Source: Sphagnum compactum
Taxonomy: Eukaryota
Assembly (NCBI GenBank): GCA_965153455.1
Contig: OZ234493.1
Span: forward strand, 6,262,001 to 6,309,808
DNA: 47,808 nucleotides
Direction: 5' to 3'
Positions 35,830 to 47,808 of the stretch are shown in pieces. A program made the position numbers and the translations under genes. How positions within the stretch are numbered: the first letter of the stretch is position 1; each line of letters opens with the position of its first letter. Below the pieces are notes generated by a model. That model was not told the origin of the DNA. It saw nothing but the letters and a program-made list of their open reading frames with translations, and searched no databases.

Positions 35830-36470
35830 GGAAGGGGATTTGGGAGGGGAGGACTCTGGAATTGGACATGAGAATATACAATCCTTCTCCTCCTCCTCCT
35901 CCTCCTCCGTAAGTGACATCGGGTTAGCTCACATTTCAACTTTGAGCTAAATTCTGAGTGCATTGCAGTGGCACCTGAGAAAGGGATTTTGGCACAGAAG
36001 AAGACTCCAGAATTGGACATAAGAAAATGTGTATTATATATATATATATATATAATTAATTAATTTTTTTCCCATGGTTAGCTCACCTTTCAAATTTGAG
36101 CTAAATTCTGAGTGCATTACAGTGGCAGGTAATGAGGGGAATTTGGCACAGAGCACTCCGGAATTGGACACGAGAATAGACGTCCTCACTACCTTACATA
36201 TCACGTGGTTGGTTCACCTTTCAAATGTTGAGCTAAATTCTGAGTGCATTATAGTGGCACGTAACAAGGGGGATTTTGAGAAGAATTGGACATAAGAATA
36301 GACATCCTCCTCCTCGGGTACGTGAAAGGTGGTTAGTTCACCTTTCAAAAATTTCAACTAACTTTCTGAATGCATTACAGTGGGCACCTAACAAGGGGAT
36401 TTTTTGGCAGGGAGGAGGACTCCAGCTGGGAATTGCATGGACATGATGATGAGAATATACATCCTCACTA
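35830..36470 (+). repeat. Tandem array of ~125-155-bp units (~4.5 copies)
   Basis: GGTTAGCTCAC..TTTCAA..GAGCTAAATTCTGAGTGCATT..AGTGGCA..GAATTGGACA at about 35922, 36076, 36207 and 36331, plus a partial unit at 35830. Confidence 0.85.
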
Positions 36471-36486
36471 AGTGACACATGCTCAA

Positions 36487-36785
36487 CAAGGGGGTGTGTC
36501 ATCACATTGTTGGCCCTTGCCATTTACAGTAAAAAGTATCTTAAGGCAAAAGAAAATTTATGACAATTCAAATATTTCACCATGCAAAAAAAAATATGAT
36601 CTTCAAAAAAAAAAAATCCAACCAAAATCCTTCAACATATCATAACTCTATTATAACTACTCTCAAGTTTCAACACAAGCCAAAATATCATCTTTCAAAA
36701 ATCCTCATATAAAATTAGAGCTATTACCTAGGGGCCAAAATCCCTTAAGCTAGTATAGGTACTCTATAATGAATCTAAACACAAT
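36487..36785 (+). repeat. Dispersed ~300-bp repeat, copy 2 of 3
   Basis: Homologous to 27835-28209 and 42484-42799. Confidence 0.85.
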
Positions 36786-39564
36786 AAAACACCTCCTATA
36801 ATTGACATTCTCATAACCCTACATGAACAAGCTAAGTTTTGAAAACCCTAAAAGTTGCACTTCCCTTTCTTCGTCTTTTCTTTGTGTGAACAATGGGGCA
36901 TTTGTAAATCTTGTAAATGTGTAAGCCATGAGGTGCATTATTTGCTACAATGACATAATATATCCTTGGTAATCAAGCTACAAAAACATGGAGTATTTTC
37001 ACATTTTGATCGACAAAATATGGATGGTTGGAAGTCCTAGAATAATTTTATAAAGTCAACTATTTAGCATTTGCACCCGTATCACAATTTGTTTGTTTAT
37101 TTTTGCATAATTTAAGACATCCCAAATTGTTAGATAGCCCATTCAAGCTAGATTTTTAAAAAATGATCATGTCTTCTTCTGGTTTTTGGTGGGAACAAGG
37201 ATTGCAAAGTAGAAATTAGGATTAAATCCACATGTATCAATGGGCAAGATGAAGTTTTGTTTATTAAAAGAAGGTGAAGAATTATGGGATCCAAAGTTGT
37301 ATAGATATGAAGAAAGGACATGGACATGGACTTCAAGTGTGTTATTAGGTGATGAAAGAAAGAATCTAGTTGTCAAAAGGTATTGGAGAAGGCAAGCAAA
37401 TTCCTTGTCTAGGAATAACAAAAGTCCAAAAAGATGGTCTAAAGATAACTATGATGACCTAGAGGTGCCACCATTAGATGAACAAGGCATTGAACCATAA
37501 ACAAGAAACAAGGGTTATGAATTGCTAGTCATGTATTGAATGAATTTTGCATGGGTTTCAACAAAAATTTTATTTATAAAGTTTTGATTTTGGGCTTCAT
37601 GACTATGACCACAAGCAAATCAACAAGAACATAATAGTGGGTTGAAAAGTTAATTAAAGAAGATTAGCAAAGCAACATGAGTAAGTCGACAAGAACAAAC
37701 TTGTAGGTCAACGAAAATAAACAAGCAAGTTGGTAGGTGCAAATCAACAAATCAATAAAAGAATACAAGTGAATAAAAAAAAGTAAACTAGCACATTAAT
37801 AATAAAAAATAAATGAGTTAGCAAAAATTGATGACTAGCAACCAACAATACAAAGCAATGCGGAAAAATACACGTGGATTACCAAAAAAACACAAGTGAA
37901 TTGATAAAACAAAACAATTAAATCAATTGAAGGATCAAAAGTCATTTAAAATCAAAATCTACCATTCAATATATAACCCCACAATCACTCCCAAACCCAA
38001 AAATGTGAGCAAATTTCAAAATTTGAGATAAAGGTTTTGAAAAGGTATTTTATCAAAGTGATCATTGTTGAAATATGTTACCATTTTTACGTTCTACCCT
38101 TAACCCCAATCATGAACAAAAAAACCCCTTTCAATTCTAAAACAATGTTCAACAAGAAAATAAAAATTGTCCAAAACTTAAATCTCAAACAACACTAACA
38201 ATTAAGATAAAGGTCTAAACAACATCTAATGTTTAAGGCATCCCAAGGTGGTGACCCCTCAACAAACACATTGAGTATTGACGGTGACAAACCTCACAAC
38301 CATATTAATAAGGGGGGTTAAATTCGCAAACTTTAGCATTCATTTGGTTGTCCTATGAATTGTTTTTGTCATTATAATAATGCTACCCCAATGAGATTTA
38401 TGGATGAATATAGTTCAATGTTGTTAAAAAAAAAGGATATTTTAACCTCGAATATTCGCACACATCTAACTAAAAGGAATGATAGGGAAAAAAATCAACT
38501 AATAACTTTATTCAATGAATGAAACTTTATTTGGGTATAGAAAAAAGATTACAAATTTCAAATTTGAAAATTAAAAACAATTGCACCAAAAAAAATCTTT
38601 TTTTTTCCATGCCACTCCAAATATTAATGATATTAGGCCAATTCATCACCTTGGCTTCCAAGTTGCACAATTTTTTTTGAATCAAGGGACCCAAAGACCT
38701 TATTTTCAATTTGCTTCACTTATCAAATTTCAACCAATTTTGCAATCTATGAATATGTATAGTTAAATTTGTTAGAGTAGGCTACACCCTTTACCATATC
38801 CCTTTACAATGTATACAATATCCTCATCAAATGTGGAGAAATAAACCAAAGGTACACAACAAAAACTTGCAATCAATTTTTTTCCACAAACTCAAACAAT
38901 TGAATTTTTTGCCTCATTAAAAAGACCTATATTGTGAATAGTCTATCAAATTATTTTTTTTGAATTTACCTCATTGTCTACCATTTTCCGAATTGTGCAT
39001 AAGATTGAAATTGAAAATTAAAAATATTTAGAGCAATATTTTTTTTAATTTTTCAATGAAATATCAAATTTATTCTTTCTTACCAACCAACAATCATCCA
39101 ATATCTCTTTATTAAACATTTGAGAATGAGTTTAACAAACAAAACATGATTACATGACATTCCATGCTCATGAATGTAATGTTGTGTTTATACAACTCCT
39201 AAATGAAACTATTCAAGATTTTAAATCTTCCTTATGAGTTCACAAGGTAGAGATGTAGGTTTTATGGGAAAAAATATAACCTCCATTCCAAAGCACAATG
39301 AGGTACCCCACCAAACTCTATACCTAAACATGTTTTGCACTAGAGACTAAGAATATGTGGTCAAACTCCAAAATACCTTGTACACACTAGGCATACGAAC
39401 ATGGCTGAAAAGGCCTACATAGATTTAGTTGACCTAAAGGCTACTATTGTATCCCCTAACCTTTCATTTTTTACATTTGATTTGTCATTTGCAAAACTAG
39501 AACTTCAACTTCTTGATATAAGTATTTAAGAAACATTTGCCTTTCAAGTGAAACATTCAAGGTA

Positions 39565-40247
39565 CAATAAAACCCCTTTATAATCACATCCTTGGTGACC
39601 ACTTTTTTTGTGACACTAACGAATTGTGATTTAAATGTGTATAGTCACATTCCATAAAAACTCTTACAAGATTGTGATTATAGGTAAAAAAACCTTACAA
39701 AACAACCCTTTTATGCTAGAATAAAGGTGCCAATTGTTTAAATTTATTATGTGGGTTATTTTAAACTCTATTATGCATTATTAAACTTGAAGAAGGTTGT
39801 GATTTCTACATGTTTTAATGTGACAATCTACATTGAGTTTGAGCTTCTTAACTATGAGCTTGTGTATTTTGTGAACTAAATTATTTTTATTAAAATTTTC
39901 TGTTTTTTTAGCAAGCTTGCATATCTTTTGCTTGTTTACATTAGAAAGTTGCTTTTTTCTTTTTTCTTCAACCAGATTCATTTTTGTCAATTTGCACAAC
40001 TTGAACACAAAACAACACTAACATTGTTAAAAGGAACTACAATTTACAAAACCTTAATATTTGTCATAGATTTCCCCCGTTATAGTCACATTTACTAAGA
40101 AAGCTTTGCAAATTTTTTGTGCTACTAATGAGTGTGATAGTGACTTGAAATAACGGTGTTTCTTACTCAAACGGATGGTTACCAAAAAATGTGTAACACA
40201 AACAAGAATGTGACTAAATTGGGAGTGATTATAAAAGAGGTTTACTA
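39565..40247. mobile_element. Tc1/mariner (pogo-like) MITE, 683 bp, TA target duplication
   Basis: TA|CAATAAAACCCCTTTATAATCACATCC ... GGGAGTGATTATAAAAGAGGTTTACTA|TA. Removing it restores TCAAGG-TA-AT, the empty site seen in the adjacent tandem unit (TCAAGGTAATTGCTCC at 40381). Confidence 0.8.
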
Positions 40248-40249
40248 TA

Positions 40250-40773
40250 ATCGTTCCTCTTAGAGGACTAAAGGTGAAGAACATTCCAACCTTCAAATTC
40301 CACTATTTTTTGGCACCTCCATTCCTCTTTAACATTGTCATGAACTTGTGATGAAAACATTTGCCTTTCAAGTGAAGCACTCAAGGTAATTGCTCCTCCT
40401 ATAGGACTAAAGGTGAAAGGCATTCCAACCTTCAAATTCCATCATTTTTTGGCACCTCCATCCCTCTTTAACATCATCATGAACTTGTGATGAAAACATT
40501 TGCCTTCCAAGTGAAGCACTCTACATAATTGCCTCTTATAAGACTAAAAAGGTGAAGGGCATTCCAACCTTCAAATTCCATCATTTTCTAGCACCTCCAT
40601 TCCTTGTTAACATCGTCATGAACTTGTGATGAGAACATTTGTTTTTTCAAGTGAAGCACTCAAGTAATTGCTCCTCTTATCATCGTACTGAAGGTGGTGA
40701 AGAGCATTGCAACCTTCAAAGTCCATCATTTTTTCTGACATCTCCATTCCTCTTTTAACATCGTCATGAACTT
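40250..40773 (+). repeat. ~139-bp tandem repeat (~3.7 copies, plus a partial copy at 39530-39564)
   Basis: GGACTAAAGGTGAA..CATTCCAACCTTCAAATTCCA..GCACCTCCATTCCTCTTTAACAT..TCATGAACTTGTGATGAAAACATTTGCCTTTCAAGTGAAGCACTC at about 40265, 40404, 40541 and 40685. Confidence 0.9.
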
Positions 40774-41760
40774 GGTTTTCTCATCACATGCAAAAAATCC
40801 AAATGGGAAGAATGAATTTTCTTCATGCTTGGAGTGCTAGTAAGTAGTAGTGTAGTATCTATCACATTTGGTGACGAGAAAGAAATGGCCGACCAATTGG
40901 CCAAATGAAATCAGAGTGAGGAGCTGACACTGCCAAGCAACTGGAGATATTGCATACTAACTACTAACTACCTAATCAGCTTCCAAACATGGGGCAGCTT
41001 CATTTCTATCCTCTGAGTTGATGAACATCTGATTGGATTCATTTATGGCTTTGAGGATAGAGATGAATTTTTTTGTATTCAAAATGATAAATAGTACTAA
41101 AATTACTGTCAGAATCACTCAAAAACAGCAAACTGAGTGCTTTTTATTTCCCCTTTTTTTTTAATTCAAACTTTGATTTCACAAAAAGTGATCAAAAAAA
41201 ATTCTGGAGAGAAAAAAAAAAAACATATTCGGAACTCCAATTTTTAATTATTTTTTAAATTCTGGGTTTTTCTCCAAAAAAAAAGAATTTCACAAAAAAA
41301 TAGCCAAAAAAATTAAATTTGCCACTAAAGAAATCACCGGTTGGTTACAAGAGCCCTACAACTAACTACTTGACTTGTACACTACCTATATAGTGATGGT
41401 TCATTTAGTTTGAAACCTTTGATGGGTGTCACACAAACCCTCCATGAAGTGCGGATACCTCAAACTAGTAGTAGGTAACATGACCGTATAACTATGAATA
41501 GAATTTCCATGCAACCAATGAGAAGTTCAAAGGAGTTCAAAGGAGCCTCCCTTTCTTGAACAAATAAGCTCATGTTGGAGTGTGTATGGTCCTATCTAGC
41601 CTGTATGTAGTGGTAGAGGCGACCACAATTTATAATGTAAGGGCCACAAGATGGGGGAACATTCCCAAACTAAGGGACATAGGACAAGGCAATAGGGTTT
41701 ATTGGGCCCTGCAGTTGGGGAATGAATGAACTCCCCCCCCCACCACCACCCATCAGCTTT

Positions 41761-41872
41761 ACCAATCATAAAGCATGAGGCAAACAAACACTATCGTGAA
41801 CTTAAACATATGCCGTCACCAATCATAAGGCATGAATGAGGGGAACACTATCATGAACTTAAAAACATATGC
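41761..41872 (+). repeat. Two tandem ~57-bp copies
   Basis: ACCAATCATAA(A/G)GCATGA...AACACTATC(G/A)TGAACTTAAA..CATATGC at 41761 and 41818. Confidence 0.75.
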
Positions 41873-42483
41873 AAATCATGAGGAGCCGTGGAGAGGAAGG
41901 TTCTTACACCTACTCCTGAAGAGTTGGATGGATGAATCTTACGTCTACATATATAAGTAGATGTAAGATCCTTCCCCCCATGAGTAAAGTGGGTATTTTT
42001 CATTAGGAAAAAAGTGGGTATTTTTCTTTAATTAATTAATTAATTAATTAAATTTCAGAATGGGCTATTGACAATGCCAAATGGAGGGGGAAAGGGGGAA
42101 AAATAAAAAAACATTAAATAAGTCAAGCTGCAAGGAAGGAAGCTTGACCAGCAAGGAACTAACTGTCTTCCCTCTCATCACCCATCCTGAAAGTGGCATG
42201 AACTCAGAAACCATGATTTGTTTGTACTAGTTGCTGCTGCACATAGTGAAGAAGGCAGAATCTGCAGGTGGGTATCATCACACTTTGTAAGGCAAATTGC
42301 ACCATCCCTCCCTCCCTCCCCATTTTGAACATTTCAACCCATCTTCTTCTGATGCAACCTCTCACAACCAGCAACTCACAGCAGAACATGGGGGGGGGGG
42401 GAGAATCAGAGCTGACCCACCGACTTCCCTGTGATGACAGATCTCACCTGGTAGTAATAGGAGGCTATGGATCTGAATTCAAA

Positions 42484-42799
42484 CAAGGGGTGTGTCACAC
42501 ATTGTGGCCTTGCCATTTACATTAAAAAGTATGTATCTTAAGGCAAAAGAAGAATTACGGAAACTCAAATATTTCACCATGCAAACATATAATCTTCGAA
42601 GAATCCTCTAAGAGAAACCAAAATCCTTCAAGATATCATAACTCTATTATAACTAATCTCAAGTTTCAACACAAGCCAAAACATCATCTTTCAAACATCT
42701 TCATATAAAAATAGACTTATTATTACTTAGGGGCCAAAATCCCTTAAGTTATGATATTCTATAATGAATCTAAACACAATAATATCCTTGCTTTGATAG
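42484..42799 (+). repeat. Dispersed ~315-bp repeat, copy 3 of 3
   Basis: Homologous to 27835-28209 (both end in CTTTGATAG) and to 36487-36785. Confidence 0.85.
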
Positions 42800-44829
42800 C
42801 ACTATTATTATAAAATGTGGGTGCAGTTCACTGGTGGTTCCCGTTCATTAGAACGATGAATTAATTCATTGTTTTTCTCATTAGATCCTCAGTGTTTTAT
42901 ATTACAATCAGTGAATTCCCTCAAAATCCAGTGAAATCACTTAGCGTACATAAACAACACCTTTTGTTTTGTTGTAGTGTAAACAAAGTCAACAAAGGCC
43001 AATATGTTTATTTATTAAGGAAGGTGGTTTGTTTGTCATGTAGAGTAGATTAGATCTCCTCAACCATGGCAGCACCCACCACACTCTTGCTACCATTGGA
43101 AAGTGCTGGAGTGATGAGGAGGTAGGTGTGCACTGAGATGGTGGGTTTTGTAATGTTTCGAGAACATTACAATGCAAAGAGCCATATTGAACAATTTTGT
43201 CAAAGACAATTTTACGAAACAAAAAGCAAATGTTTTCAGGCAAATCGTGGCAAGGTTTTGATAGTGTTTGAAAGCCCTTGATGAGTGGGATCTCTCGGAG
43301 TTGGTTTCATTTATTTTTTTTATAACCTAAGGTGAGGTGGGGGAAGATAATTGAATTTTGAGTCATTTTCATCACTGAAAATTAATTTAAAAATATGAAA
43401 ATATTTTCTTTCCCAATTGATGAGCTCTATTACCAGGGTCTTGTTCACACTTGGAACAGTTACATAGTCATGTGTTCACACTTGAAGCAGTCACATAGTT
43501 GTGTCCACACATGGACAAGTGGCACAAGCGACACTAATTATATACTAATTCAAAAATAATACGAGAGTAACTTGGCAACTTCAACACCGATTTATATTAT
43601 TTGTAAAATTGTTGAAATTTTCACCAAAAATAAATTCAAAGATTATTTTCAAAAATTCCAAAGGAAAATAAAGAATATGTTTATTGTTCAGGAATATTAT
43701 AATTTTCAAAATGCCTTTTAAGGACAGGCCCTGGTTGACAATTGGGTTTGATATTTTTTAACTGGTTCCAGAATTGGGAAATGAAACCAATTATTTTTGA
43801 AGAATTTTTTTTTTTTGGAGAAAATGAGACTACAATTGGGGGGTTAACCACAAGTTAATCAATAGTTAATTATCAATTCCAGTCGGAGTTACCCATAACC
43901 ACATTGGAACCAGGTTTGGTTTTTTTATAATTAGAATTGAAATTGAAATTTATTTGTTTGAAGAACCAAAGCCTAGAACTACAATTCATGATTCCATTTA
44001 TGTGTGGAACTAAAATCAGAATCCTTCTAATTTATTTCTTAGAGTTAGAATTTATTTATTTCTTCATAAAAAATCAAGAACCGCCCAACATTGGTTTTGA
44101 CACATATGGTCTATTTACATTTGAGCTCCGTGCTGCTATATACACACTATCAATGCTCATCAACTATTTTATTTTATTTTTTTAATGTTTTCATACAATT
44201 TTTAACGTTTTTTAATTATTTATGTCAATGTCAATTTTAATTTAAATTCATATACATTTCATGGACATGAAAAGACACATGATAAAATTTTTTTACATAT
44301 CCAGGTTGATGGATATGGAAAAGAGTGAAGTAGTTATAAAATGGAAGTAGTTATTAAGAAAGAAATGAAGTAGATAAGCTTGAAAATGAGGTAGTTATTT
44401 CTGAAATTGTTTTTGGAATGGTCTATAGATGAACATAGGAAGGATTCCAAAAAATCTCCGAATTAACTAGTTATGATTACTCATCATTAGAATTAACAAT
44501 AGAACTTCAATAAATGCATAACATAAATACATAATCTATATTTCCACACCTTCATTTTTAAAATTCCATTTTCACTCAATCTACCAACATGCCATTTAGT
44601 AAATTTGTTTCCTCCTTACCATTATCAATTTGTCGTCATCAACTTGTTATTCCCACAATTTTTCCATTGCACTAGCTTACCATTTCAACTTTCAAGTAGC
44701 ATTTGGTTAGTTACTTGTGGATACGCCTCAATTTTCTCCTTTTTTTCATTTTTCAAGTTTGTAGTTGTTGGCTTGTTTTTTTTAGCTCGTTTTTCATAAA
44801 CCAACTAGGCATACATGTTCAAAGTCTTT

Positions 44830-45860
44830 TGTCCTTTGCAAATTGGCTCAACATTTTAGAACCAATTTGAAATCTTGAAATCACGATTTGAATTTAAAGT
44901 TCCAAATCTACTTGTTAAACCACATTCTTAAAATAGGGTTGCCAATTTGAAATGTGAAAATGTGGCCCAAATGTGTTCGCCAATTTGAAATCCTAAAATT
45001 AAAGTTCCAAAGCAAGTGTCAAACTAAGGTTCCATATTTGCTAGTCAAATACAAATCCCAAATTGCCTTGCCAATTCAAGTCTCATTTTTTCTTGTTCAA
45101 ATTGAAGTTTCATAATAGGTTTGATGATTTGAGGTGTCAACAAAGAGGTTTTAAATTGACTTGCCCAATTGAGATCCCAAAATCATATTACCATATTTAA
45201 GTCCCAAATTGGCTTGCCAAATTGACATCTCAAAGTTAAGCTCCAGAATTATTTCAATGTTCCAACATCCAAGTTCCAATGTGACTTGTCAATTGAAGTT
45301 CCAAATTGGCTTATTGAACATTTAGGTCCCAAAATATGTTTATCAATTTGAGGTGTGAAAAGGGGTGCCAAATTGAAGCTTCAACATTTAAATCTAAAAA
45401 TGGCGTGCCAATTGAAACATGTATTTAATTGATTTAGGATTTTGTAATAGTCCAAAATCAACAATCAACAATCTGGAGAGTTCAAATTACATTAGGCTAA
45501 ATGTGCTGAAATGATAAATGGCATTAAAAAAACAATGGATGAAAACCTAGTGGCCATTAGGTCATAAAAGAAAACATGGAAGATAAATTAAACATTATTG
45601 AAACCTTTATGATAATTAGAAAACAATGAAAGAATTGAACAATGTAAGAAAATCATTAGATTAAGATTTGATGGTCATGAGGTCACATAAGAAAAGATAA
45701 ATTAAACATAGAGTTTTAATGAAAGTTAAAAACAATGAAACAACTAAACATTGAAGGAATTATAACATTAGATTAAAACCTAGTGGCAACTAGTCAGATT
45801 CAAAAACACGAAACACAAATTAAAATTGATTATATAAACAATGAAAGAAATCACTAAATT
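44830..45860 (+). repeat. Degenerate tandem repeats (GCCAATTTGA/AAGTTCCAAA units 44830-45420; ~118-bp units 45540-45860)
   Basis: Recurring GCCAATT(T)GA and GTTCCAAA motifs; AAACCTAGTGGC, AAGATAAATTAAACAT and AAACAATGAAA repeated. Confidence 0.5.
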
Positions 45861-47229
45861 ATTATTCATGAATGTTAGATATTTTGAGCTTGAACCTAAA
45901 ATGCTTGAAATCAAATGTATTAATGTAAAAAACTTTGAAGTGTATAAAGTATACCATTAAGTTTAAAGTAATATGTCATTTGCCCCCAAAAAATGTAACA
46001 ATTTTAAGTGTCCGTGAACCTAATCCTAACCCAAATAAAACCCAACAATGGAATGTTACTTGACACAAATAAATTCATGTTTTGTTCATCACCTAAACAA
46101 ACTCGCATAGTGATATAATTGCACTACGACAAAAAATGTAGATGGCAAAAGATAAATAGGCAGAAAAAAACATAAAGAGCCAAAAACACCAAAAATGACA
46201 AAAATCCAAAAATAAAAGGTACTCACCAAACAAGGTATACTCATATAAAGGATCTCCATTGTTGCTCATTTTATATTGCATGAACCAAAAAATAGTTTGG
46301 CTCAAAACAGGAAAAGGGAGGGCAAAACAATATGCACATGTAAGGATAATGCTTCTTCATAATCAAAGCACGAGGGAGATGTTAAGGATAAGCCATAGAT
46401 GAAGGCAAAGGTCCATGACTTGTATATTACACTTTGACAAGTGTTGTCCCTTAAAGGATTCAAGGAAGACATGATTGTAATGTGAATTGCAAATAGCCTT
46501 GTTAGGCTTCTTGTTGATAAGCAACACATGGTCTTTCATATGATGATGAAACATTGACTAAAACTCTAAATACATCATGTTCAAATCTTTAAGATAATAG
46601 GTTAAAGTTGGTGTGATTCTACCCAACATTTGGGAACATCTCTCTTTCCCCCAAACAAAAACAAACTTGCATATGAATTGCCTTGGCATGAGCAACAGAA
46701 GAAGTTCATGAATGTCCTCTAACAACATGCCAAACCAAATTGCAATTTGGAATTCTTTGAATGTTAAAACAAATAATTGCAACAACCATGTCTCTTTTCT
46801 ACCTTGATCACATCTATGGTATGGTCTCACACATGATGACGCCTTTACAAAATTGCACTTTTAGGAAATAACATAGAACACCATTGAGATTGAAAATTAT
46901 TTATTTATCTGGTAAGATGGAAACTTGTCAAAAACCTGAAGTAAAAACCTTTGAGAGTGAAGGTCAACATAAAAAAGAGGCTTAGGGACATCACTATAAG
47001 TCATGCAATCACATTTGAAAGCAAAAGATCTTGAATTGGCGTTCCTTGAAAAGGAGAAGCATAACACAAGAAAGAAACAGATGAAAAAAATGGATATCTA
47101 ATGCAAAATATTGTTATAATCTCCTTTTCATTAAGATTTTTCTTTGACAAACTTACAATCTAAAGCTTCCATTCATTGGTGCAAGGTTGAAAGAACCTCC
47201 CATAATAGGGGTATTAGAGTCAAAAAATT

Positions 47230-47808
47230 TAATGTTACCAAAAGGTTTGACTTCATAAAATCCAAAATTGCCATGCTAAAGGAACGAAACATATGTAGGT
47301 AAAGGAGAAAAATGGTTAACAAATAATTTTCAAAAGGCTCAAAACTCTCAAGGAAAATGGAATCATAAGGAGGGTTATGGATGGCCTTGTGCGGGGAACC
47401 ATCTACAAGGAGAATATTATTAGGATCATTATCCAAATATTGTGAAAATAACCTCACTAAGTTCTTGTGGAACACTAGTTTATCGTGAGTTTATGAAACT
47501 TGCCATTTAAAACATGGGTTTTGTTTATGCAAAAAGATTGGTCAAGGATATTGTTAGTTTTGAACTCAATTTGAGTTTCATTTATTATTTTTTCAAAGTA
47601 ATGTACAATATTGTGGCACTTGACTAATGACCAAATGTAAACAACAAAATGACCTTTACACGATGTGAGGAAATCTTTCAAACCAATCCTTAACTAAATA
47701 ACACAAGGCCCTATGATTTCGTGTGCTATGATGTCTTGGGCATTGTGAAAATGATGAAAAATCCAAAAGACTCCTATCACAAATGCAATCCAACACCCTA
47801 ATATAATG
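47230..47808 (-). pseudogene. Decayed FCP1/NIF-like HAD phosphatase domain, running off the window end
   Basis: Minus strand: LRIGLKDFLTSCKGHFVVYIWS...N, then after a break FHKNLVRLF...NNILLVDGSPHKAIHNPPYDSIF. These match the RPGL..FL...F.V.IWSS and NTLL.DDSP.K...NP motifs of NIF domains. Frameshift and stop near 47475. Confidence 0.6.

Noticed and set aside
37240-37500. 86-aa ATG ORF MGKMKFCLLKEG...
   Set aside because: No recognisable domain or splice context; probably an unassignable TE remnant.
35830-40773. Tandem arrays considered as CRISPR-like
   Set aside because: Units are over 100 bp with no unique fixed-length spacers, no cas genes, and a eukaryotic context.

Overview
Eukaryotic, AT-rich, repeat-dense plant genomic DNA; gene and repeat style suggest a bryophyte such as Sphagnum (inference, not verified). 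Two intact intron-containing genes lie on the minus strand: mitochondrial pyruvate dehydrogenase E1-alpha (8 coding exons, 14108-17677, 409 aa) and an APL/PHL-clade GARP MYB-CC transcription factor (6 coding exons, 22510-25242, 510 aa). The MYB-CC protein has a non-canonical coiled-coil motif (HRLQQQLE instead of K/RxLHEQLE). The rest is a transposon graveyard. The standout is a structurally complete 2565-bp hAT-type DNA transposon (5517-8081; 13-bp TIRs, 8-bp TSD AATTTTAG). It is GC- and CpG-rich, intronless, carries a 735-codon DDE transposase frame broken only by two in-frame stops, and looks foreign, possibly a recent horizontal transfer. Also present: two non-autonomous Helitrons with related 3' ends, a solo LTR with 5-bp TSD, a Tc1/mariner(pogo)-type MITE inserted in a 139-bp tandem array, a 331-bp MULE-like deletion derivative keeping a zinc knuckle, decayed host-type hAT, Harbinger-like and FCP1/NIF-phosphatase remnants, and several tandem and dispersed repeats.
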